From assembly GCF_000018785.1 (NCBI RefSeq), contig NC_010163.1:360001-392000 (forward strand): a DNA stretch of 32,000 bases, read 5' to 3'. The DNA is from Acholeplasma laidlawii PG-8A (lineage in GTDB: Bacteria > Bacillota_I > Bacilli_A > Acholeplasmatales > Acholeplasmataceae). Below, one piece after another: positions 18,661 through 28,100 of this stretch (its first letter is position 1; each line of letters begins with the position of its first letter). The notes under the pieces were generated by a model. It was not told the origin of the DNA, did no database searches, and was given only the letters and a program-made list of their open reading frames with translations. A program made the position numbers and the translations under genes.

Positions 18661-19349
18661 TGAGATACTGTCAACATTGTCACGCATATTATTATAAGAA
18701 GGAAACAACTTGTACGATTTGCGGTAGACCTTTAATTGAAAAAACCCATGAGAGTAAAGTTATTACTCAAGGATACCCAACAATTAAACTTAAATCTAAT
18801 AAGGCTAAGTTTGTATCTAAGATATTTGGTGTGATCTCAATTGCGGTTGTCATCATCCTTGCAATGATAAACTTTGCTACATATAATTCTAATCCTACAC
18901 CTTGGAGTTTAATTGCAATAGGACCGATTGTCTATGCTTGGATACTGTTATCTCAAATTATTATATCCAAACACAATTATCCAACAAAAGTTAATAGACA
19001 AGTAATCCTTATAAGTTTGGTACTTATACTTATAGATGTGATTACAGAATATAAAGCTTGGAGTCTAACCTATGTTATACCAGCATTACTTGTAACAACT
19101 ACTATCATTTTACCGATTGTAGTGGCAAGTAAACCTAAAACATATTACTTACATGTGAGAAGTTTATTCTTCTTAATGATTATGAATTTTGTAGTAGGTA
19201 TTATTGGTTTTACAACACCATTTATGGAAACAGGTGTTACTTGGACGAGTTTATCTGTTTTAGCAGTAGGTATCTTACTACTTTCTACAATGTTTACCTT
19301 TGCTAGAAAAGATACATGGACTGAACTTATTAAGATATTTAGAATTTAA
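18660..19349 (+). CDS. Zinc-ribbon multi-TM membrane protein (DUF6320-like)
   Basis: N-terminal MRYCQHCHAYYYKKETTCTICGRPL (two CxxC pairs), then several hydrophobic helices. ATG at 18660 overlaps the upstream TAA (TAATG). Confidence 0.6.
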   Translation: MRYCQHCHAYYYKKETTCTICGRPLIEKTHESKVITQGYPTIKLKSNKAKFVSKIFGVISIAVVIILAMINFATYNSNPTPWSLIAIGPIVYAWILLSQIIISKHNYPTKVNRQVILISLVLILIDVITEYKAWSLTYVIPALLVTTTIILPIVVASKPKTYYLHVRSLFFLMIMNFVVGIIGFTTPFMETGVTWTSLSVLAVGILLLSTMFTFARKDTWTELIKIFRI

Positions 19350-19362
19350 ATAAAAGTAAAAT

Positions 19363-19398
19363 ACACCTCTTCTACCTACTATAAGTTAGAAGGGGTGT
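19363..19398 (+). terminator. Hairpin between DUF6320-like gene and radC, 3' arm containing the radC SD
   Basis: acacctcttcta (19363-19374) pairs with tagaaggggtgt (19387-19398), 12 bp with one G-U, followed by ttattt and ATG at 19405. Confidence 0.6.
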
Positions 19399-19404
19399 TT
19401 ATTT

Positions 19405-20058
19405 ATGAAACCAAGAGAAAAATTAATTCAACATGGCGTTCGTGCATTAGAAGACTATGAACTTATAGCTATTTTACTTAGAACAGGAAATACAAAGGAA
19501 GATGTTTTGTTACTTGCTAAAAAAGTGTTGTCTCAATTAGATAATTTTGAAGATATGTTACATATCACCGTAGAAGATTTACTTACAATTTATGGAATTA
19601 GTGATGCAAAAGCTACCACCATTATTGCTGCAGTAGAACTTGGAAGAAGATTAAGTGATAGAAAAAAACCAGTACGTAAAATGATAACTGAGTCGAGTGA
19701 GGTGTATCATTTACTTAAAGAGGATATGTCTTACCTAAGAAAAGAACACTTAATCGTTTTATGTTTAGATATCAAAGGTAATCTACTAAAAAATGAGACG
19801 ATCTATATGGGTACAACTTCATCTATTCAAGTATCTGTAAAAGATTTGTTTAAGTCTGCTGTAAGAATTGGTGCATTTGGCATTATTGTCGTCCATAATC
19901 ACCCAAGCGGTGATTCCACACCTAGTCAAGCAGATGATAAACTAACGAAACTTATTAAAAATGCTGGTGAAGTTTTATCCATTGAACTTATTGATCATAT
20001 TATTATAGGTAGAAATGAGTTTTTTTCATATCGTAGACAAAGAAGAGAAGAAATTTGA
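19405..20058 (+). CDS. radC: RadC family JAB/MPN-domain protein
   Basis: N-terminal MKPREKLIQHGVRALEDYELIAILLRTG. JAMM motif VVHNHPSGDSTPSQADDKLT. Confidence 0.93.
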   Translation: MKPREKLIQHGVRALEDYELIAILLRTGNTKEDVLLLAKKVLSQLDNFEDMLHITVEDLLTIYGISDAKATTIIAAVELGRRLSDRKKPVRKMITESSEVYHLLKEDMSYLRKEHLIVLCLDIKGNLLKNETIYMGTTSSIQVSVKDLFKSAVRIGAFGIIVVHNHPSGDSTPSQADDKLTKLIKNAGEVLSIELIDHIIIGRNEFFSYRRQRREEI

Positions 20059-20086
20059 TATAATAAATAAAAAAGGTAAAAACCAT

Positions 20087-21040
20087 ATGAAGAAAAACTC
20101 TAATAAAAAATTCTGGTATTTTGTAGGTATAGGTACACTACTTATTATACTTATGATGATTGTTTCATCCATCATGCAAGTAGGAGAACACTTAAAAAGT
20201 GTACATGAGTATGCACCTTACATATTTTATGGACTTTCATTTTTATTAGTGTATTTTTTAATTATTAGACCGGTTGTAATTATCTTATTTTCACCCTCTT
20301 TTTCAATTGGTACAACATTAGATAAAAACCCTAAAAGAGAACATAAGGTTTATAAGAAAGTAGCTAAACGTATTTTAGAACAAGAAGACTTACCAGAAGG
20401 CATGAAAAAGAATTTAGAAGATTCTATGCACGATCCTTATGAGTTAAGAGATGCTCTAAATAATGTATACAATAAACATTTAAAGAAAAAATTAAACAAA
20501 GTCATACGTCAACATGCAAAGACAGTCATGGTATCCACTGCAATCTCACAAAATGGACGATTAGATTTTATTACAGTGGTTGTAGTCAATATTAAAATGA
20601 TTAAAGAAATTGTTGTATTATGTGGGTTTAGACCAAGTTATAGAAATCTAGCAAAACTGGTTATCAATGTATTTGTTACAGCACTTATTGCAGAAGGTTT
20701 AGAAAATATTAATCTAAATGATATTATCCCAACATCTACAATGAAGATGCTTGGTGAAATACCGTTAATTAGACCGATTATGTCTAGTGTGATAGAAGGG
20801 GTGTCTAATGCGCTACTAACACTTAGAATAGGCATTGTAACCAGAAAATACCTATTTGATGACGCACCGGATCTTACAAAAGAAAAGATTAGATATGGCG
20901 CTTTAATTGAAGCTGCTAAACACTTACCAATCGTTATTGCTGATGGATTATTCTTATTTCCAAAGACAATTATGAACATGTTTAAATCTAAAGAACCTAA
21001 GCTTGAAGCACTTGATGGTGGAGCAAATCCCACGGAATAA
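20087..21040 (+). CDS. DUF697-like membrane protein (YcjF-like family)
   Basis: Two N-terminal TM helices, then AISQNGRLDFITVVVVNIKMIKEIVVLCGFRPSYRNLAKLVINVF and a C-terminal hydrophobic region. ATG at 20087 preferred over the track start at 20015. Confidence 0.55.
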   Translation: MKKNSNKKFWYFVGIGTLLIILMMIVSSIMQVGEHLKSVHEYAPYIFYGLSFLLVYFLIIRPVVIILFSPSFSIGTTLDKNPKREHKVYKKVAKRILEQEDLPEGMKKNLEDSMHDPYELRDALNNVYNKHLKKKLNKVIRQHAKTVMVSTAISQNGRLDFITVVVVNIKMIKEIVVLCGFRPSYRNLAKLVINVFVTALIAEGLENINLNDIIPTSTMKMLGEIPLIRPIMSSVIEGVSNALLTLRIGIVTRKYLFDDAPDLTKEKIRYGALIEAAKHLPIVIADGLFLFPKTIMNMFKSKEPKLEALDGGANPTE

Positions 21041-21080
21041 CTAAGTTTTGAAATTAAGTTTTAGAAGCTGTAAAAAAACC

Positions 21081-21109
21081 TTGACAAAAGTATCAAATTA
21101 TAATAAAAT
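21081..21109 (+). promoter_or_regulatory. Promoter of the rplU-prp-rpmA operon
   Basis: TTGACA (21081-21086), 17-nt spacer, TAAAAT (21104-21109). Confidence 0.7.
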
Positions 21110-21115
21110 AACAGT

Positions 21116-21192
21116 TGCGTTGTACCACATAGAAAAGGTTATAAATGTCTTGTGACTACCTTCATAGTGAGTCTTCAAATAAAATAAAAGGA
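21116..21192 (+). promoter_or_regulatory. Candidate L21 leader (autoregulatory ribosomal-protein leader)
   Basis: Roughly 85-nt untranslated leader between the promoter and rplU containing short complementary segments (aaggt/acctt, gact/agtc). Family assignment rests mainly on gene context. Confidence 0.45.
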
Positions 21193-21202
21193 GGAAACAC
21201 AC

Positions 21203-21502
21203 ATGTTTGCAATTATCCAAACAGGCGGTAAACAAGTTAAAGTAACAGAAGGACAAGAAATCTACGTTGAAAAACTAGATGTCGAAGCTGGTGATACTTT
21301 CGAATTTACTGAAGTATTAGCAACATCAGACAAAATTGGTCACCCATATGTAGAAGGTGCTAAAGTTGTTGCTGAAGTTATTAAACAAGGTAGACAAAGA
21401 AAGATTATTGTTTTCAAATATAAAAGACGTAAAAATTATAGAAGAAAACAAGGTCATAGACAAGCTTACACTAAGTTAGTTGTCAAATCAATTCAAGGCT
21501 AA
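21203..21502 (+). CDS. rplU: 50S ribosomal protein L21
   Basis: [18 protein letters not shown]...[22 protein letters not shown]. Confidence 0.98.
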   Translation: MFAIIQTGGKQVKVTEGQEIYVEKLDVEAGDTFEFTEVLATSDKIGHPYVEGAKVVAEVIKQGRQRKIIVFKYKRRKNYRRKQGHRQAYTKLVVKSIQG

Positions 21503-21816
21503 TGATTAAGTATCATTTCAAAAAAGATCATGGTTTCATTAAAGGACTCGACGTTAAAGGGCACGCGCTCTTTGGTGAATACGGTACAGACATTGTATGT
21601 AGTGCAGTATCAACCGCTTTAATCGTTACTGTGAATGCTATTGAAACGTTAGGGTATAAAGAAAACTTTTATGCCAAAGTAGAAGAAGGAAACTTTGAAT
21701 TACAGATCAATCAAACAAATGACGTAATTGAAGGTTTACTTATCAATTTAGAATACACATTAAATGAGCTCGCAGCTCAATATAAAACTTACATTAAAAA
21801 CCATAAGGAGGGATAA
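21502..21816 (+). CDS. prp: Ribosomal-processing cysteine protease Prp (YsxB)
   Basis: Catalytic-site pattern [21 protein letters not shown]. Located between rplU and rpmA. Confidence 0.93.
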   Translation: MIKYHFKKDHGFIKGLDVKGHALFGEYGTDIVCSAVSTALIVTVNAIETLGYKENFYAKVEEGNFELQINQTNDVIEGLLINLEYTLNELAAQYKTYIKNHKEG

Positions 21817-21817
21817 C

Positions 21818-22096
21818 ATGTTAAAGATTAATATTCAGTTATTCGCATCTAAAAAAGGGGTAGGGTCATCAAGAAACGGACGTGACTCTAGATCTCAAAG
21901 ATTAGGATCAAAATTATCTGATGGACAATTCGCTTCAGCTGGTTCAATTATTTATCGCCAAAGAGGAACTAAAATTCATCCAGGCAATAACGTTGGACGT
22001 GGCGGAGATGATACTTTATTCGCTAAAGTAACAGGAACTGTAAAATACGAACGTAAAGGTAAAAACCGTACGCAAGTATCAGTTTACGAAGCTTAA
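21818..22096 (+). CDS. rpmA: 50S ribosomal protein L27 with Prp-cleavable N-terminal extension
   Basis: [32 protein letters not shown]. The ATG at 21818 follows SD aggaggg; the track start at 21764 is within prp. Confidence 0.97.
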   Translation: MLKINIQLFASKKGVGSSRNGRDSRSQRLGSKLSDGQFASAGSIIYRQRGTKIHPGNNVGRGGDDTLFAKVTGTVKYERKGKNRTQVSVYEA

Positions 22097-22100
22097 TATT

Positions 22101-22129
22101 AAAAGGGTAATTGATTATTACCCTTTTTT
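22101..22129 (+). terminator. Intrinsic terminator after rpmA
   Basis: aaaagggtaa (22101-22110) pairs with ttaccctttt (22118-22127), ending in a T tract. Confidence 0.85.
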
Positions 22130-22163
22130 GTTGTAAAATTTTAGATACGAAGGAAGTGAAACA

Positions 22164-23423
22164 ATGAGCGCATTTGTAGATGCAGTAACAGTAGAAGTAA
22201 AAGCAGGACGCGGTGGTAACGGTAAAGTTGCATTCCGTAGAGAAGCACACGTGGAGTTTGGTGGACCCGCTGGTGGTAATGGTGGCCGTGGTGGTCATAT
22301 TTACTTTATTGGTGATGAAGGTAAAAATACGTTAATAGATTTAAAATACAACAGACATATCAAAGCTGCTAATGGTGTCCATGGTGGCCCTAAAGGGATG
22401 CATGGCGCACACGCAGAAGATACATATGTTCGTGTACCATTAGGTACAATTGTATATGATGATAAAGAAAATTTAATTGGTGAAGTGTTAGAACATGGTC
22501 AAACTTTATTAATTGCTCAAGGTGGCAAAGGTGGCCGTGGTAATATGGCGTTTGCATCCAACAATAATAAAGCACCTGACTTTGCAGAACAAGGTGATTT
22601 AGGTCAAATATTCTTAGCAAAAGTAGAACTTCAAGTCCTAGCAGATGTTGGTTTATTAGGTTATCCTAATGTTGGTAAATCGACTTTAATTACTAGAATC
22701 TCAAATGCAAAAGCTAAAATAGCTGACTACCAATTTACAACACTATCTCCACAACTTGGTATGGTTAATGTGGAAGATGATGCGTTTGTTGTTGCAGACT
22801 TACCTGGATTAATTGAGTTTGCGCACCTTGGTGTTGGTTTAGGCTTACAATTCTTAAAACACGTTGAACGTTGTAGAGTTTTATTACATATCGTATCTAT
22901 GGATTCATTAGATCCACTAGATGACTACAATAAGATTAACAATGAATTAGTGTTATATGATGAAAAACTAAAAGACAGAACTCAAATAGTCGTAGCAAAT
23001 AAGATGGACGTTGAAGGTGCACAAGAAAAGTTTGAAGCCTTCAAAAAAGCATTAAAAGATGTTAAAGTTATTCCGATTTCAGCACTGATGAATGATGGTA
23101 TTCAAACGCTTAAATATGAAATTGCTACAACATTAAAAACTATCCCTAAATTTGCTCCAAAAGATACTACAAAACACTATACACTGAATGCAGAAGATGC
23201 AGTAGATTTCATCATCAATAAAGGTGATGACGGTGTCTTTGAATTAACAGGTGATAAATTATTTGTTTTATTTAATAGAACAGACTTTAATAATGAATCA
23301 GCTGTGAAACGTTTTGCAAGACAGCTACGTGGTTTAGGTATCGAAGATGCACTTAGAGAACATGGTGTTGTTCATGGTGATATCGTACGTATCTTCTCTT
23401 ATGAATTTGAATATTTAGAATAA
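22164..23423 (+). CDS. obgE: GTPase Obg/CgtA
   Basis: Glycine-rich Obg fold (AGRGGNGKVAFRREAHVEFGGPAGGNGGRGGH), G1 GYPNVGKSTL, NKMD, and a C-terminal OCT domain. Confidence 0.97.
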   Translation: MSAFVDAVTVEVKAGRGGNGKVAFRREAHVEFGGPAGGNGGRGGHIYFIGDEGKNTLIDLKYNRHIKAANGVHGGPKGMHGAHAEDTYVRVPLGTIVYDDKENLIGEVLEHGQTLLIAQGGKGGRGNMAFASNNNKAPDFAEQGDLGQIFLAKVELQVLADVGLLGYPNVGKSTLITRISNAKAKIADYQFTTLSPQLGMVNVEDDAFVVADLPGLIEFAHLGVGLGLQFLKHVERCRVLLHIVSMDSLDPLDDYNKINNELVLYDEKLKDRTQIVVANKMDVEGAQEKFEAFKKALKDVKVIPISALMNDGIQTLKYEIATTLKTIPKFAPKDTTKHYTLNAEDAVDFIINKGDDGVFELTGDKLFVLFNRTDFNNESAVKRFARQLRGLGIEDALREHGVVHGDIVRIFSYEFEYLE

Positions 23424-23432
23424 TCTAGTACT

Positions 23433-23468
23433 AATCCGAGCCCTATTAAGAGCTCGGATTTTTATTTT
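23433..23468 (+). terminator. Intrinsic terminator after obgE
   Basis: aatccgagc (23433-23441) pairs perfectly with gctcggatt (23452-23460), followed by TTTATTTT. Confidence 0.9.
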
Positions 23469-23528
23469 AAATACACTAAAGACCTAAGATTACCAACTAA
23501 GGACTTTGTACTTGAATTATTATTTCAT

Positions 23529-23557
23529 TTGACTATACTTGATATTTTGTATATACT
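23529..23557 (+). promoter_or_regulatory. Promoter for the first lipoprotein gene
   Basis: TTGACT (23529-23534), 17-nt spacer, TATACT (23552-23557). Confidence 0.6.
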
Positions 23558-23659
23558 TGTTTAAACATTAAAATGTATACTAAGCAACAACAAAGATCTA
23601 TCATACAGTAATCATAAAGCTAAAGTTATATATTAGACCAAATCTGGAGGTTTATAGAT

Positions 23660-24433
23660 ATGAAAAAAACATTATTTATTATATTAAGTGTGGTAGCAAT
23701 CTTACTTTTTTCAGGATGTTCATCTATAGGTATTACAGATGTACAACCGGTTAGTTTAGAGTTTAAAAATCCAACTAAAGTAGTGTATGGTACAAATAGA
23801 ACAAATTATGATGAGCAAAATCAAATCTATAAAGACCCTATTGAATATGAAATACCTGAAGATAGTGTTAAAGGTGTGGTAAAGAAATTATTGTCATTAA
23901 CCTACAAAAAATATGAAGGCAACATCGATGCATCGCCAATAAATGATTATATTGTAATGTATGACAATGACAATAATTTTGTTACTATCCAAATTGGATC
24001 TCTTAATGAAGATGGTATGCATTATGAACTTGTAGGTATAGATGCATTTATAGACTATCTAATGCAAGTCGTTACACCTAAAGGTGGAAAGTTTTACACG
24101 ATACAAGAAGCATATGATCAAGGACTTTTAACACTAGAAAATTTAAATTTATTACACAAATATCATGAACGGGTACAAATCCAACTTGAACTAGATTCAA
24201 TTTTTGAAGGGGCTATAAAGAAAACTAGATTAGCAGAATTGATAAACGATTATCCGAATGCAACTTTAGAAAACATTAATATAGATAAATATTATGGCAA
24301 ATATGAGTCTGCTTATGCTGTTAAAATATCAGTAACGTTTTACATTTATGGTGGCATCGTAAGTGAAACTATTGAAGGGTTAGAATTTGTATTCAATGGA
24401 CCTTCTACACTCATCTGGTGTGATACAAAGTAG
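23660..24433 (+). CDS. Hypothetical lipoprotein
   Basis: Signal peptide MKKTLFIILSVVAILLFSGC with lipobox. SD tggagg upstream. Confidence 0.8.
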   Translation: MKKTLFIILSVVAILLFSGCSSIGITDVQPVSLEFKNPTKVVYGTNRTNYDEQNQIYKDPIEYEIPEDSVKGVVKKLLSLTYKKYEGNIDASPINDYIVMYDNDNNFVTIQIGSLNEDGMHYELVGIDAFIDYLMQVVTPKGGKFYTIQEAYDQGLLTLENLNLLHKYHERVQIQLELDSIFEGAIKKTRLAELINDYPNATLENINIDKYYGKYESAYAVKISVTFYIYGGIVSETIEGLEFVFNGPSTLIWCDTK

Positions 24434-24541
24434 AAGTGGTAGATAGAAACTAACAACACAATAAATGATATATTGCACCAATCAATAATCTTAAAAAGAT
24501 TTAAGAAGTTTAATAAAATGTCATGATTGTAGAATAAATAA

Positions 24542-24569
24542 TTGATACATATAATTACTTTATTATAAT
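24542..24569 (+). promoter_or_regulatory. Promoter for the second lipoprotein gene
   Basis: TTGATA (24542-24547), 16-nt spacer, TATAAT (24564-24569). Confidence 0.5.
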
Positions 24570-24599
24570 AATAACAGCGTTAAAAGGGGATTTAAACAC

Positions 24600-25106
24600 A
24601 TGAAAAAAACAATATTAGCTTTATTAATGGTACTAGTTATAACATTAAGTGCATGCACAAAAGAAAATAAGAACTACAAAATAGTGGGTCATTATGATAA
24701 ATATATGACGATAATATCTGATTCATTTAGAATGGATAATTATGATACTTACCTTCAATTTATTAGTAATGAAAATGATTACCATGTCAAAGCCTTCAAA
24801 GATTTATACGTATACGATGAAGCATTTTTTGAAGAAAACAGTTTAGTATATATCACTTTTGAAAGAAATAATTCTGGTTATGACGTTAAGTTAAATAGTG
24901 TCAACATAAAAGATAATGAAGTTGTCTTTAACTTCTCATATAAAGGACCAGATGTTTTAAATGTAATAATGATGGAGATGTATCTTGTAGAAATTAAAAA
25001 ATCTTATTTAGAAGATTATCAAATAAGGCTATATGTAGAAAGAAATGATGTTGAATTTGATAGAACAAGGATTATAACTGATGAAATAATACCTAATGAA
25101 TTATAG
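24600..25106 (+). CDS. Hypothetical lipoprotein
   Basis: Signal peptide MKKTILALLMVLVITLSAC with lipobox. SD aagggg. Confidence 0.78.
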   Translation: MKKTILALLMVLVITLSACTKENKNYKIVGHYDKYMTIISDSFRMDNYDTYLQFISNENDYHVKAFKDLYVYDEAFFEENSLVYITFERNNSGYDVKLNSVNIKDNEVVFNFSYKGPDVLNVIMMEMYLVEIKKSYLEDYQIRLYVERNDVEFDRTRIITDEIIPNEL

Positions 25107-25143
25107 AGGGTAGTAAATAAAATTAGATACACATATAAGAAAA

Positions 25144-25174
25144 AAATCCAAGTCATTTATTAGGACTTGGATTT
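25144..25174. terminator. Bidirectional intrinsic terminator between the convergent lipoprotein and coiled-coil genes
   Basis: aaatccaagtc (25144-25154) pairs perfectly with gacttggattt (25164-25174), A-rich on the left and T-rich on the right. Confidence 0.88.
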
Positions 25175-25195
25175 GTTTTTAGAGAGCCTATTTAC

Positions 25196-28100
25196 TTATA
25201 GTTTAAGTGTGCGCTGTTTAAATTGATAACTTGCTTTTGCATCTTTTAGATCTTTTTGTAGTATTTTTCTTTCATGTATCTCAACTTTAGATGTAAAGGC
25301 TAGTAGTTTAGATTCATTATCTTTAATACTTAAATCTTTTTTAGTTTGAGCAGATTTTAACTCATCTGCATAGGATTGAATCTTTTTAAGTAATAAACTG
25401 TGCTTTTTTTGAATGGATTGCTCAAAGTTAGCAATTTTTTCTTTATTTAGTTCTATGAGTTTTACTTCAGCTTGAGTAAATCTCATGGATAACTGACCAT
25501 TCTTAAGTTTTGTACTTTCCTCAAGTGCTTTTAGATTTTTAGTTTTTAGTAACATTGCTTCATTATGCTTTAGGATGTTTTTATCATGTTGTAGTTTGAT
25601 CTTTTGAATTTGTTTGTCGAAATCATTATGCATTTGAAGGATAACGGATTTTAAATTGTCATCAATTAATAAAATTTCTTTATTCAAATTAGACTCTGTT
25701 GACATAATTTTAGATTCAGTAAGTGACATCAGTTTTTGTTGATTGATTAAGTCTTGTTCTTGACTCTTAAATTGAACAGTATTGATATTTTGAATAATTG
25801 TATCTTTTTCATCACTTAATAACTGTAGATGATGTTTGAAATCACTTGATAAATTTTTTAATTTGAGTTCAAACTCAAGCTGTTGTTTATCTAACTTTTT
25901 AAGCAGATGCTTTTGTTCAGTTAGAAAATCTTTTTTGGAAATATTTTGCTGAGCCATAAGTTTATCATAAAGACTTACACTACCCTTTAATAAGGATTGG
26001 TAAATAGCGTTAGAAGTCTTTTCAAAGTACTCTTCAATACGCGTGTATCCCTTTTGATATTCTTTAATGATATTGTCTGTTAAATAAAGTGGTTGATCAA
26101 GCTTGTTCGTAATTACGAGTACTTTTTCTTCATAAACCTTAAATAACTGAGTAATTTGCTTAATACCATGGATATAGAATAGTTTTTGTTTTAAGTATGA
26201 TTTGGTATCTGTTTGATTTTTAGATAGTGTGATACTACGTTTTTTATCAAGTTCACCAAGTAGACGATTCTTTCGTTTATTTAATAAATCAATTTGATTG
26301 TTATATTTAATGATGGATTTATCCAAAGTAGAAATTTCTGATTCAATGATATTTAGTTGTTTTGTTAAATCCTTTTTAGTCGATAAAGAAGCTTTTGGAT
26401 TATCAGAAGTTTCTATTTCATTTAATTCAAATTGAACTCTATCAACGTTAGAAGATAACACTAAAATTCTGTCTTCAATATCACTAATGATCTGGTTAGT
26501 AGAAGTAATGTCTAAGTCAATAGTTTTAATTTTAGCCATGTATTCAGATTCAAGTAAGTCATTATTGGTTTTTAGTTTTAATGCACTTAAATCGTTGATT
26601 TTAACTTCTTGGAATGTATTTAAATCAAGTAAGAATTGATCTTTTGCTTGTTCTTGAATGCTATTTAAATGTTTAAATACTTCAAGGTATAAATGTATAT
26701 ACTGTTTAACATCCTCAGGGTGTGCAGGGATTTCATATATTTGAATTAGAGACAACATGAAATGGTGATGAATATTATATATTAAGTAGATCTGATTGAA
26801 TAAGTAGTGAATTCTAGAATGAATTACCTCTAAATCTTTAGTAAGCATTTCATTGGTCATATCTACAAATTCTAAACGTTCCAAGAAGTGAATATTTGTT
26901 TCTTCAATTCTACGTTTATGTTTTAATATACTTTGTTCAATCACTCTTTTATCTGTTAGATAGTTATGATAACTATGTTCAGATTTCATTAAGTGTTGTA
27001 TCTCATTTTCATATAATGCTTTTTGTTTTAAGTAGATAAGTTCTTCACTAGATACTTGTTTTTGATAGGTATATTCAATATAGTCTTTTTTGAGTTGTTG
27101 GTTTGCTAGTTGTTGTTCTCTAATGACGTTTTCTTTATCAATAGAAAGTTGTAAAGACATATTAGATACACTTAAATCATGTTCTTTAGTTAAGTTTAGT
27201 ACTTCAAGTTCATGTTCCTTAGTGAGTTTAAACACAGTAAAATTATGGGTTAGACTATCTTCTTGATGTTGGTAGAAGTTTAAATGGTAATTGGTATCAT
27301 TGGATAGAAGATTCACATCTTTTTCAGATATAGCGTTTGCAACACTTAATTTTAAATCAAGTGGAGCTATTTGAGATAAGTGTGTAATATCTGTTTTTTC
27401 TAACTCAAATTCATAGGTTGATTTTAATGTTTTAAGTTGTAATTGAAGTGATTTGAGTTGATATTGATAGTTTTGTTCGTTCACATAGTTTTCTAATTTT
27501 TGATCTATAACAAACTTTTTGCCCTTAATACGCCAATTAGACTTATCTTCTAAGTATTTGAGTTCTAAGTCTTGTAGCTTTTGGTAATGTGCTTTTAATA
27601 GTGCATGAGACTCTTTTTCAGTACGAATGATTTGTCTGTTGAGTTCGGCATCTTGTTGACGTAGATGTCTTTTTACATCTTTTTTAAGTGCCTTGATAGC
27701 ATCTTCATTTTGTGTTTCTTTTAAGTCTTCTTTTAATTTTTGATTGCGGTCTAATCTATCGTTTGCAATGACATCTCTAAAAGAACTCAGTTTAGAGTTG
27801 ATAAGAGATAATGCATCACTATAAGTGATGGTTAACTCATCTTTTTTAGTATTAAAATTGGTTGTGATTACTTCGATTTTATTTTTATGTGCTTCAAGTT
27901 TTTCTTTATAAGTTTGTTCAACTTGAAGTTTTTGTGCCTCATAGTCTAATTTTAACTTATCTAAGGCATCTTCAATAGGAAGTCTATTTGCTTCATCACT
28001 TTGTTTAAGTTCTTTTAGATGATGTTCTTTTTCCTTTTTTAAAGTTTCAAGTGATTTATTAAATTCGATAGATGCAGCATGATAATCATTTTTAATAGAA

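Noticed and set aside
18471-18683. Minus-strand ORF across the acyltransferase / zinc-ribbon junction
   Set aside because: Both plus-strand genes are supported by SD/TAATG coupling and motifs. The antisense frame has none.
20638-22620. Minus-strand ORFs 20638-21033, 22023-22298 and 22390-22620
   Set aside because: Antisense to the DUF697-like gene, and to rpmA/obgE. The peptides have no recognisable domains.
23534-23559. Direct repeat tatacttg (23534-23541 and 23552-23559)
   Set aside because: Only 8 bp, in AT-rich DNA, and explained in part by promoter-like sequence.
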